64,000 nucleotides of DNA from Eledone cirrhosa. Its lineage: Eukaryota. The notes beneath the pieces were generated by a model, which did no database searches, was not told the DNA's origin, and saw only the letters and a list, made by a program, of their open reading frames with translations. Positions 1 to 13,944 of the stretch are shown here, in pieces. The first letter of the stretch is position 1. Every line of letters starts with the position of its first letter. The DNA is taken from NCBI GenBank assembly GCA_964016885.1, contig CAXHJY010000690.1, positions 1 through 64,000 of the forward strand, in the 5' to 3' direction. The position numbers and the translations under genes were made by a program.

Positions 1-849
1 TATATATAGTATATATTGTATATATATATGTATGTAGTATATATGTATATATATATATATGTATATATATATATGTATGTATATATATGTATATATATAT
101 ATGTATGTATATATATGTATATAATTATATATATATGTATGTATATATATGTATATATTATATTTATGTATATGTATGTATATTATATATATATGTATGT
201 ATATATATGTATATATATATAGTATGTATTGTATATATATGTATATTATATATATATGTATGTATATATATGTATATATATATATATGTATGTATATAAT
301 GTATATATATATATATGTATGTATATATATGTATATATATATATATGTATGTATATATATGTATATATATATATATGTATGTATATATATGTATATATAT
401 ATATATGTATGTATATATATGTATATATATATATATGTATGTATATATATGTATAGTATATATATATGTATGTATAGTATATGTATATATATATATATGT
501 ATGTATATATATGTATATATATATATGTATGTATATATATGTATATATATGTATATATGTATGTATATATGTATGTATATTATATATATATGTATGTATA
601 TATGTATGTATATACTATATATATTATGTATGTATATATGTATATATGTATATATATATATGTATGTATGTATGTATATATATATATGTATGTATATATA
701 TTATATGTATATATATATGTATTGTATATATATATATGTATGTATATATATATTATGGTTTTACTGTGTTTCTTACTATATATTGTTAATCGGCTCAGTA
801 TTTATTTGTACTTTATACTTAGAGCTTAATGGTTACAGGGTTCTAATTC

Positions 850-899
<50 letters not shown>

Positions 900-1086
900 A
901 TATGTATGTATACTATATATATGTATGTATGTATATATATATATGTACGTATATATATATATGTATGTATGTATGTATATATATGTATGTATGTATGTAT
1001 ATATATATATATGTACGTATATATATATATATGTATGTATGTATGTTACATATATGTATGTATGTATGTATATATATATATGTACG

Positions 1087-1117
<31 letters not shown>

Positions 1118-1831
1118 ATATATGTATGTATGTATGTATATATATGTATGTATGTATATATATATATGTATGTATATATATATATGTATGTATGTCTATA
1201 TATATATGTATGTATATATATATGTATGTATGTATATATATATATGTATGTATATATATATGTATGTATATGTATATAATATATGTATATGTATGTATAG
1301 TATGTATTATATATATATATGGTATATATGTATGTATATATATATGTATATGTATGTATATATATATGTATATGTATGTATATATATGTATATATGTATG
1401 TATATATATATGTATATATGTATGTATATATATATGTATATATGTATGTATATATATATGTATATATGTATGTATATATATATGTATGTATGTATATATA
1501 TGAATATATGTATGTATATATATGTATGTATGTATATATATGAATATATGTATGTATGTATATATATATGTATATATATACTGTTATATATGTATGTATC
1601 TATATATATGTATATATATATATGTATATATGTATGATATATATATGTATGTATGTATATATATATGTATGTATATATATATGTATATATAAATATGTAT
1701 ATATGTATGTATATATATATATATGTATGTATATATATATATATGTATATATATATATGTATGTATGTATATATATATATATATGTATATGTATATATGT
1801 ATGTATATATATATATATGTATATATGTATG

Positions 1832-1862
<31 letters not shown>

Positions 1863-2475
1863 GTATATATGTATGTATATATAATATATGTATATATGTA
1901 TGTATAGTATATATATATGTATATGTATATATGTATGTATGTATAGTATAGTATATATATATGTATATGTATATATGTATGTATATATATATATATGTAT
2001 ATATATATATGTATGTATATATATATATATGTATATATATATATGTATGTATGTATATATATATATATATGTATATGTATATATGTATGTTGTATATATA
2101 TATATATGTATATATGTATGTATATATATATATATGTATATATATATATGTATATATGTATATATATATATATGTATATATATATATGTATATATGTATG
2201 TATATATATATATATGTATGTATATATATATATATGTATGTATATATATATATATGTATATATATATATGTATATATGTATGTATATATATATATAGTGT
2301 ATATGTATATATGTATGTATGTATATATATATTATATATGTATATGTATATATGTATGTATATATATATATATGTATATATGTATGTATATATATATATA
2401 TGTATATATATATGTATATATATATATGTATATATGTATGTATATATATATATATGTATATATATTATATGTATG

Positions 2476-2524
<49 letters not shown>

Positions 2525-2525
2525 G

Positions 2526-2563
<38 letters not shown>

Positions 2564-2575
2564 TATGTATATATG

Positions 2576-2657
<82 letters not shown>

Positions 2658-3117
2658 ATATATGTATATATGTATGTATGTATGTATATATGTATGTATG
2701 TATATATATGTAATATGTATGTATGTATATATATGTATGTATGTATATATGTATGTATGTATATATATATATGTATGTTATATATATATATGTATGTGTA
2801 TATATATATGTATATATGAATGTATCTATATATATGTATATATGTATGTATCTGTATATATGTATGTATCTATATATATGTTATATATGTATGTATCTAT
2901 ATATATGTATATATGTATGTATCTATATATATATATATGTATATATGTATGTATCTATATATATATATATGTATATATGTATGTATCTATATATATATGT
3001 ATATATGTATGTATCTATATATATATGTATGTATGTATCTATATATATATGTATATATGTATGTATCTATATATGTATATATGTATGTATCTATATATAT
3101 GTATATATGTATGTATC

Positions 3118-3148
<31 letters not shown>

Positions 3149-3486
3149 GTATATATGTATCTATATATATATATGTATATATGTATGTATCTATATATAT
3201 ATGTATATATGTATGTATCTATATATATATGTATATATGTATGTATCTATAATATATATGTATATATGTATGTATCTATATATATATGTATATATGTATG
3301 TATCTATATATATATGTATATATGTATGTATCTATATACTATATGTATATATGTATGTATCTATATATATATGTATATATGTATGTATCTATATATATAT
3401 GTATATATGTATGTATCTATATATATATATGTATATATGTATGTATATATATATGTATATATGTATGTATATACATATATATATGT
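1..3486. repeat. Compound (TA)n/TATG microsatellite array; TATC variant units from about 2820
   Basis: Direct inspection; interrupted only by a unique island of about 95 bp at 755-850. Confidence 0.97.
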
Positions 3487-3948
3487 ATAACTTTGAATAA
3501 CTTTGAAATGTTTTGGCCAGTATTGGCCCAGGCCATGTCTAACTTAATAGCACCACCTAGCGAAGTCTTTCAATTCAGGATTTGGGCACCATGGCCTATT
3601 CGAGAAGAGAATTACTGTTTGCGGAGACATATCCGGGTGTGGGGTGGTTTGTCCGGGATTACTTGGAGGAATTTGTCCAAAGACTTCTTGAATTTGGTGT
3701 GGTCAGTTTCTGTTTTGACCGTGTCCTGGTGTGATGTTGAAGAGAGCAGGGCCGATTGAGGTGAAATAATTGTGCCGTATTGTTGTTATGAGTTGCGATT
3801 TAGATTTTTGAATGGGACGGATAGCACGGGGCCCAAGCCTTGGGTGTATCTTGAAGGCGATGCCAACATCATTTGGGCAGTGATGATGGAACATTTTCCA
3901 CATCATGCAGATAATATAACGCTCACGGCGACGTTGGAGTGAGTAAGT
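3487..3948 (-). mobile_element. CR1/L2-group LINE 3' fragment (RT C-terminus, 3' UTR and tandem tail)
   Basis: Minus strand reads [17 protein letters not shown]...HPRLG...[12 protein letters not shown], then after a frameshift [16 protein letters not shown]...[12 protein letters not shown]; ends in a short TTCAAAGTTA repeat. Confidence 0.75.
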
Positions 3949-4435
3949 GTATATATGTATGTATATATATATATGTATGTATATATGTATATATGTATGT
4001 ATATATGTATGTATATATGTATATATGTATGTATATATATATGTATATATGTATGTATATATATATGTATATATATATGTATATATGTATGTATATATGT
4101 ATGTATATATGTATGTATATATATATATGTATGTATGTATGTATGTATCTATATATATGTATGAATCTATATATATGTATGAATCTATGTATATGTAGTG
4201 TATGTATATGTATGTATGTATCTATGTATATGTATGTATGTATGTATATGTTATGTATGTATATATATATGTATGTATATGTATGTATGTATGTATATGT
4301 ATGTATGTATGTATGTATATATGTATGTATATATGTATGTATATATGTATGTATATATGTATGTATATATGTATGTATATATGTATGTATATATGTATGT
4401 ATATATGTATGTATATATGTATGTATATATGTATG

Positions 4436-4513
<78 letters not shown>

Positions 4514-4819
4514 TATGTATATATTATAATGTATATATATATATGTATATATATATGTATTTATATGTATATATATATGTATGTATATGTATATATATAT
4601 GTATATGTATATATATATGTATATGTATATATATATGTATATGTATATATATGTATATGTATATATATGTAGTATATATGTATATGTATATATATGTATA
4701 TGTATATATAGTATATATATATATATGTATATATATATGTGTATATATATATATGTATATATATATATGTATATATATATGTATGTATATATATATGTAT
4801 GTATATATATATATGTATG

Positions 4820-4866
<47 letters not shown>

Positions 4867-5028
4867 GTGATATATATATATGTATGTATATATATATATG
4901 TAATATATATATGTATGTATATAATATATATGTATATGTATATGTATGTATATGTATATATATATGTATATATATATATGTATATGTATATGTATATATA
5001 TTATATATATGTATGTATTATATATATG

Positions 5029-5061
<33 letters not shown>

Positions 5062-5104
5062 GTATATATATATGTATATATATGTATGTATGTATATATG
5101 TATG

Positions 5105-5135
<31 letters not shown>

Positions 5136-5310
5136 ATATATATGTATATGTATGTATGTATATATTATATGTATATGTATGTATATATATGTATGTATGT
5201 ATGTATATGTGTATGTATATATATATATGTATATGTATATGTATATATATGTATGTATGTATATATGTATGTATATATATATATGTATATGTATATGTAT
5301 ATATGTATGT

Positions 5311-5344
<34 letters not shown>

Positions 5345-5510
5345 GTATATATGTATGTATATATATATGTATATGTATTGTATATATGTATGTATATATA
5401 TATAGTATTATGTATATGTATGTGTATATATGTATGTATATATATATATGTATATGTATGTGTATATATGTATGTATATATATATGTGTATATGTATGTA
5501 TATATATGTG

Positions 5511-5544
<34 letters not shown>

Positions 5545-5598
5545 TGTATATGTATATATATATGTATGTATGTATGTATATATATATATATATGTATG

Positions 5599-5654
<56 letters not shown>
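3949..5654. repeat. Compound TA/TATG microsatellite array
   Basis: Direct inspection. Confidence 0.97.
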
Positions 5655-5656
<2 letters not shown>

Positions 5657-5781
5657 CACGAACTCCAACCACAGCCGACTATTCCCAGTAAATGTTTTGG
5701 TTGCCGACTCTGTGCAAGACATTTTGGATCATTGGCTGGGCTAAAAAGCCACATTCGATCGCAGCACTGTTAGTTGCTATC

Positions 5782-5819
<38 letters not shown>

Positions 5820-5899
5820 GCTTATGTGCGTGCGTGTGTGTGTTATATATATATGAATATGTATATTATTATTGTTGTTGTCGTTATTATTATTATTGC

Positions 5900-5971
<72 letters not shown>

Positions 5972-6012
5972 TGTGCAATGGCCATACTCGATAACGAGGG
6001 GGCAGCCATCAT
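5655..6012 (+). mobile_element. RTE-clade LINE extreme 3' end (C2H2 finger and 3' UTR) split by a (GT)n/(ATT)n/polyT tract
   Basis: [23 protein letters not shown] at about 5702-5773; 3'-UTR-like TGCAATGGCCATACTCGATAACGAGGGGGCAGCCATCAT at 5974-6012. Confidence 0.6.
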
Positions 6013-6055
6013 GTATATATATATATATATGTATGTATATATATATATATATGTA

Positions 6056-6091
<36 letters not shown>

Positions 6092-7085
6092 TGTATGTAT
6101 GTATATATATATGTATGTATATATATATGTATGTATATATATATATATGTATGTATATATATATATATGTATGTATATATATTATATATGTATATATATA
6201 TATATGGTATATATAATATGTATATATTATATGTATATATATATGTATATATGTATGTATGTATGTATATATATATATATGTATGTATATATTATGTATA
6301 TATGTATGTATGTATGTATAATATATATATGTATGTATATATATGTATATATATATGTATATATGTATGTATATATATATGTATATATGTATGTATGTAT
6401 ATATGTATATATGTATGTATATATGTATGTATATATGTATGTATATATGTTATGTATATATCTATGTATATATGTATGTATATATGTATGTATATATGTA
6501 TGTATATATGTATGTATATATGTATGTATTATATATATGTATGTATATATATATGTATGTATATATGTATGTATATATGTATGTATATATATATGTATGT
6601 ATATATGTATGTATATATGTATGTATATATATATGTATGTATATATGTATATATGTAATATATATGTATGTATATATATATGTATGTATATATGTATATA
6701 TGTATGTATATGTATGTATGTATGCTATATGTATATATATATGTATATGTATATATGTATGTATGTATATGTATATATGTATGTATATATATATGTATAT
6801 GTATGTATATATATATGTATATATATATGTATATATGTATGTATATATGTATGTATATATGTATGTATATATGTATATGTATGTATGTATATATGTATGT
6901 ATATATGTATATGTATATATGTATGTATATATGTATGTATATATATATGTATATATGTATGTATATATATATGTATATATATATGTATGTATATATATAT
7001 GTATATATATATGTATGTATATATGTATGTATATATATATGTATATATATATGTATGTATATATATATGTATATATATATGTATG

Positions 7086-7125
<40 letters not shown>

Positions 7126-7308
7126 TGTATATATATATGTATGTATATATGTATGTATATATATATGTATGTATAATATATAGTGGATATATATGTATAT
7201 ATATATGTATGTATATATGTATGTATATATATATATGTATATATATATGTATGTATATATATATTGTATATATATATATATATATGTATATAGTATATGT
7301 ATATATAG

Positions 7309-7339
<31 letters not shown>

Positions 7340-7820
7340 GTATATATATATGTATATATATATGTATATATATATGTATATGTATATATATATATGTATA
7401 TATATATATGTATATTTGTATGCATATATATATATGTATATATGTATGTATATATGTATGCATATATATATATATGTATATATGTATGTATATATGTATG
7501 TATATATGTATGCATATATATATATGTATATATGTATGCATATATATATATGTATGCATATATATATATGTATATATGTATGCATATATATATATGTATA
7601 TATGTATGCATATATATATATGTATGCATATATATATATGTATATATGTATGCATATATATATATGTATATATGTATGCATATATATATATGTATATATG
7701 TATGCATATATAATATATGTATATATGTATGCATATATATATATGTATATATGTATGCATATATATATATGTATATATGTATGCATATATATATATGTAT
7801 ATATGCATACATATATATAA
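6013..7820. repeat. Compound TA/TATG microsatellite; TATGCA variant units from about 7420
   Basis: Direct inspection. Confidence 0.97.
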
Positions 7821-7821
7821 T

Positions 7822-8168
7822 GGAGGCACATGGCTTAGTGGTTAGAGCATTGGCCTTGCAATCGAAAGGTTGTGAGTTCAATTCTCAGTCCGGGTGATGT
7901 GTTGTTTCCTTGAGCAAGACACTTTATTTCACATTGCTCCAGTTTACTCAGCTGTAGAAATGAGATGATAGGGACTGGGGTCCATATCATTCCACTGCAA
8001 AGTGGTCGTGGAGGTGCCACGGCAAAAAAGCACCCAGCACTCACTGTAAATGAGGTTGGTGTTAGGGAAGGGCATCCAGCTGTAGAAATCATGCCAGAAT
8101 CAGTTCCCGTCCCACCCTTGCAAGCATGGAAAAGTCGACGTAAAATGAAATGATGATGAATGAAATGA
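7822..8168 (+). mobile_element. tRNA-derived SINE with CORE-like centre and RTE-derived 3' tail
   Basis: A box TGGCTTAGTGG (7831), B-box-like GAGTTCAATTC, CCTTGAGCAAGACACTT core, tail GTTGGTGTTAGGGAAGGGCATCCAGCTGTAGAAA...(ATG)n matching the RTE 3' UTR in this window. Confidence 0.85.
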
Positions 8169-8318
8169 TATATGTATGCATATATATATATGTATATATG
8201 TATGCATATATATGTATGTACATATATATGTATGTATATATATATGTATGTATATATATATGTAGGTATGTATATATGTAGGTCTGTATATATGTATGTA
8301 TGTATATATATATGTATG

Positions 8319-8352
<34 letters not shown>

Positions 8353-8658
8353 TGTATATATGTATGTATGTATGTATGTATATATATATGTATGTATATA
8401 TATCTAAATATATATGTATATATATATATCTAAATATATATGTATATATATGTATCTAAATATATATGTATATATATATATCTAAATATATATGTATATA
8501 TATATATCTAAATATATATGTATATATATCTAAATATATATGTATATATATATATCTAAATATATATGTATATATATATGTATATATATATATCTATATA
8601 TATATTTATGTATATATATATATTTATGTATGTATATATATATATATATGTATGTATA

Positions 8659-10510
8659 TCATCATCATCATCATCATCATCATCAGGTTTAGCGTCCGTG
8701 TTCCACTGGGGTTTGGACGGGGGTTTTCCCACTTGAGGCAAGAGTGGTTGTCTTGCTCGCATAGGACTGTCTGGCGGGTTTTCTACAGTTGGATGCCCTT
8801 CCTAACATCAACCACATTTACAGTGTGGGGCTGGGAGGTTTTTACCGTGTTGCCTACACGGCCACATTTACAGCGTGGACTGTGTTTTTTTGTCGTGACA
8901 CCTACACGATCTCATTTGTTTCGGCCTGGATGTTGTGGGACCAACATAACTTTACATTGAAAGGGGCGGTGTGGATGGGGTGGAGGTGGTGGGACGGGGG
9001 GGGGGGGGTGTTTTGATAGAGATGCCTACTGACTGTAGCAGGTTTTTACTTTGTATTTAGGTAAGGCGGGTCTGAGTACCGCCAAAGGTCTCGGTCCAGT
9101 GACATTGTCTTGGAGAGGTGTAAGCGTGTGAGGTCGGAATTTATCAGCTCGTCCCATGTTTTTCTGGGTCTGCCTACTCCGTGGCTACCGTCTATCTTTA
9201 TTGCCCTGCACTTTGTTATACAGCTGTCGTATTTCATGCGCATCACGTGACCGTACCAACGTAGCCTTCTCTCGAGTAAACAACATCTGATCCCTCTTAT
9301 TTCTAATTTTTTCCTTTGTTCGTTTATGCTTTGCCGTTCACGTATATTACTATTGCACATCCAGCGGAGCATGCAAGCTTCGTTCCTCTCTAGTCTGCGT
9401 ATATCCTCTGCACACAATGCCCAGGTCTGACTGCCATGCAGCATTGCTGTTCGTATGCAGGCATCGTATAACCTGCCTTGCGGCTAATAGTGGTATAAGC
9501 TCTGAACTTTTTCCATCCAGTTCTGACTCTAGCTACTGTACTTTCAGAGCACCCTCCCCCACTGCTGATTTTGTCACCCAGGTAACGGAAGCTGTCCACT
9601 ATTTCTATAGAACCCTCTGCGCAGTTGAAGGAGCTAGTATTTTGTGGGCACTTGCCGCTACTTATTGCACCAGAGCACCGGCCACATGTAAAATCTATGT
9701 TCTTAGTTAGCTTACCTGTGATCCCACTACATCTTTTATGCACCCATACTTTGCATCTGGGACATAAAATGGAGTTTCTACCTACGCCTTTCCTACACAC
9801 TGAGCATGGCCATTTCCCAGATGGGACTGCCGCCTTATTTTCTTTCCTACAAACTAGAACTTTAGTCTTAGCCAGGTTAATTTTAAGGCCTTTTGATTCT
9901 AGGCCGTGCTTCCATGTTTGGAATTTCTTCTCTAGTTCGGTCATTGATTCAGCTATGAGCGTTAGATCATCTGCGTATAGGAGTTCCCATGGGCAGCCGG
10001 TCTTGAACTCCTCTGTTATAGCCTGAAGGGCAATAATAAATAGTAGGGGGCTAAGAATAGAGCCCTGATGGACACCAACTTTTACGCTAAACTCTTCACT
10101 ATATTCGTTGTTAATTCTAACCTTACTGACTGTTTCTTTATACATGGCTTGTACAGCTCTCACAAGCCATTCGTCAACACCTAGTTTTCTAAGAGACCAC
10201 CAGATAATGGAACGGAGGACTCTGTCGAAGGCTTTCTCCAAGTCGACGAAAGCTAAGTATAGGGGTTTACTTTTAGCTAGGTACTTCTCCTGTAGTTGTC
10301 GTACAATGAAAAGAGCGTTTGTGGTACTTTTGCCTGACACAAACCCGAACTGCATTTCATCTAGATCAATTCTCTCTCTGATTAGTTGCGCTATTACTTT
10401 TTCCGTGACCTTCATGACCTGGTCGATTAATTTAATGCCTCTATAGTTACTCCTATCTAGGGCATCTCCTTTTCCCTTATAGCAGTTAACGATGATGCTG
10501 CTACGCCAGA
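8659..10510 (-). mobile_element. RTE LINE, 5'-truncated, disrupted RT with PHD-type insert
   Basis: [57 protein letters not shown]; (GAT)n tail at about 8659-8684; small deletions near 9070 and 9480-9500. Confidence 0.95.
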
Positions 10511-10612
10511 TATATGTATATATATATATATGTATGTATATATATATATGTATGTATATATATATATATGTATGTATATATATATATGTATGTATATATA
10601 TATATGTATGTA

Positions 10613-11722
10613 TCATCATCATCATCATCATCAGCGTTTAACGTCCGTGTTCCACGCTTGCATGGGTTTGGACGGGGGTAGTCCCACTTGAGGCAAGAGT
10701 GATTGTCTTGCTCGCATAGGACTGTCTGGCAGGTTTTCTACAGTTGGATGCCCTTCCTAACACCAACCACATTTACAGTGTGGGTCTGGGAGGTTTTTAC
10801 CGTGTTGCCTACACGGCCACATTACAGCGTGGACTGTGTGTTTTTTTGTCGTGACACCTACACGATCTCATTTGTTTCGGCCTCGATGGCGCGGCACCAA
10901 CATAACTTTACATAGAACGGGGTGGTGTGGATCGGGTGGGGGTGGTGTGGATCGGGTGGGGGTGGTGGGACGGGGTGTATTTGTTAGAGATGCCTACTGG
11001 CTGGAGTAGGTTTTACTATATATTTAGGTAAGGCGGGTCTTCTCTGTTACTGAGTACCGCCAAAGGTCTCGGTCCAGTGACATTGTCTTGGAGAGGTGTA
11101 AGTGTGTGATGTCGGAGTTTATCAGCTCGTCCCAGGTTTTTCTAGGTCTGCCTATTCCGTGACTACCGTCTATCTTTATTGCCCTGCACTTTGTTATACA
11201 GCTATCGACTTTCATGCGCATCACGTGTCCATACCAACGTAGCCTTCTCTCGAGTAAACAACATCTGATCCCTCTTATCTCTAATTTATTCCTTAGTTCG
11301 TTTATGCTTTGCCGTTCACGTATATTACTGTTACACATCCAGCGGAGCATGCAAGCTTCGTTCCTCTCTAGTCTGCGTATATCCTCTGCACACAATGCCC
11401 AGGTCTCACTGCCATGCAGCATTGCTGTTCGTATGCAGGCATCGTACAACCTGCCTTTCATTTTTAGTGAGAACCCTTTAGCAGCTAATAGTGGTATAAG
11501 CTCTCTGAACTTTTTCCAACCAGTTCTGACTCTAGCTACAGTACTTTCAGAGCACCCTCCCCCACTGCTGATTTTATCGCCCAGGTAACGGAAGCTGTCC
11601 ACTATTTCTATAGAACCCTCTGCGCAATTGAAAGAGCTAGTAGTTTGTGGGCACTTGCTGCTACTTATTGCACCAGAGCACCGGCCACATGTAAAATCTA
11701 TGTTCTTAGTTAGCCTACCTGT
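10613..11722 (-). mobile_element. RTE LINE 3' fragment (same family)
   Basis: ORF 11024-11602 with RRLRWYGHV...TRLT*; full 3' UTR and (GAT)n tail. Confidence 0.95.
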
Positions 11723-13714
11723 ATATATATATATATGTATGTATATATATATATGTATATATATATATATGTATGTATATATATATATATGTAAATATGT
11801 ATGTGTATATATGTATGTATGTATATATGTTTATATGTATGTATATGTATGTATATATATGTATGTGTATATTATATGTATGTGTATATTATGTGTATAT
11901 ATATGTATGTGTACATATATGTATAGGTATATATATGTGTATATGTATATATATGTATGTATATCTGTGTATATATACCTGTGTATATATATATATGTGT
12001 ATATATATATATGTGTATATATATATATGTGTATATATATATATGTGTATATATATATATGTGTATATATATATATGTGTATATATATATATGTGTATAT
12101 ATATATATGTGTATATATATATATGTGTATATATATATATATGTGTATATATATATGTGTATATATATATATGTGTATATATATATATGTGTATATATAT
12201 ATATGTGTATATATATATATGTATATATATATATATGTGTATATATATATGTGTATATATATATATGTGTATATATATATGTGTATATATATATGTATAT
12301 ATATATGTGTATATATATGTATATATATATATATGTGTATATATATGTATATATATATGTGTATATATATGTATATATATATGTGTGTATATATATATAT
12401 ATGTGTGTGTGTATATATATATATCTGTATATATATATGTATATTATATATATGTGTATATATATGTATATATATATAGATGTGTATATATATATATCTA
12501 TATATATATCTGTATATATATATATGTATATTATATATCTGTATATATATATGTATATATATATATATATATATGTCTATAAATATGTATATATATATAT
12601 ATATGTCTATAAATATGTATATATATATATGTCTATAAATATGTATATATATATATATATATGTCTATAAATATGTATATATATATATATATGTCTATAA
12701 ATATGTATATATATATATATATGTCTATAAATATGTATATATATATATATATGTCTATAAATATGTATATATATATATATATGTCTATAAATATGTATAT
12801 ATATATATATATGTCTATAAATATGTATATATATATATATATATATGTCTATAAATATGTATATATATATATATATATATGTCTATAAATATGTATATAT
12901 ATATATATATATATGTCTATAAATATGTATATATATATATATGTCTATAAATATGTATATATATATATATGTCTATAAATATGTATATATATATATATGT
13001 GTATAAATATGTATATATATATATATGTGTATAAATATGTATATATATATATATGTCTATAAATATGTATATATATATATATGTGTATAAATATGTATAT
13101 ATATATATGTGTATAAATATGTATATATATATATGTGTATAAATATGTATATATATATGTGTATAAATATGTATATATATATATATATGTGTATAAATAT
13201 GTATATATATATATATATGTGTATAAATATGTATATATATATATATATGTGTATAAATATGTATATATATATATATGTGTATAAATATGTATATATATAT
13301 ATATGTATAAATATGTATATATATATATATGTGTATAAATATGTATATATATATATATGTGTATAAATATGTATATATATATATATGTGTATAAATATGT
13401 ATATATATATATATATGTGTATAAATATGTATATATATATATATATGTGTATAAATATGTATATATATATATATATGTGTATAAATATGTATATATATAT
13501 GTGTATAAATATGTATATATATATATATGTGTATAAATATGTATATATATATATATGTGTATAAATATGTATATATATATATATGTGTATAAATATGTAT
13601 ATATATATATATATGTGTATAAATATGTATATATATATATGTGTGTGTGTATAAATATGTATATATATATATGTGTGTGTATAAATATGTATATATATAT
13701 ATGTGTGTGTATAA

Positions 13715-13759
<45 letters not shown>

Positions 13760-13771
13760 TATATATATGTA
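11723..13771. repeat. TA/TG microsatellite grading into a roughly 26-34 bp minisatellite (ATGTCTATAAATATGT(AT)n)
   Basis: Direct inspection. Confidence 0.95.
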
Positions 13772-13889
13772 TTCATAGGGATACGGGAATCAGTAGACAG
13801 GACCTGGGGGCAGCGATGCGGGACAGGGAATTCTGGGGCATGTGAGTGAAATCTGTCATCTTGACAGTAGTCGACGATTGATGATGATG

Positions 13890-13890
<1 letters not shown>
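13772..13890 (+). mobile_element. Short 3' end of a second RTE-clade family
   Basis: [20 protein letters not shown] followed by (GAT)n; resembles DTG...MRDRDRW at 18670-18740. Confidence 0.6.
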
Positions 13891-13921
<31 letters not shown>

Positions 13922-13944
13922 ATATATATGTATATGTGTGTATA

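Noticed and set aside
5702-5773. Host C2H2 zinc-finger gene exon
   Set aside because: Single finger followed by a stop and a LINE-like 3' end inside a microsatellite; better explained as an RTE terminus.
5679-5978. Poly-K/poly-N ORF
   Set aside because: Translation of polyT and (ATT)n tracts.
7822-7895. tRNA gene
   Set aside because: A and B boxes are present but there is no convincing cloverleaf, and the sequence continues into a SINE body and LINE-derived tail.
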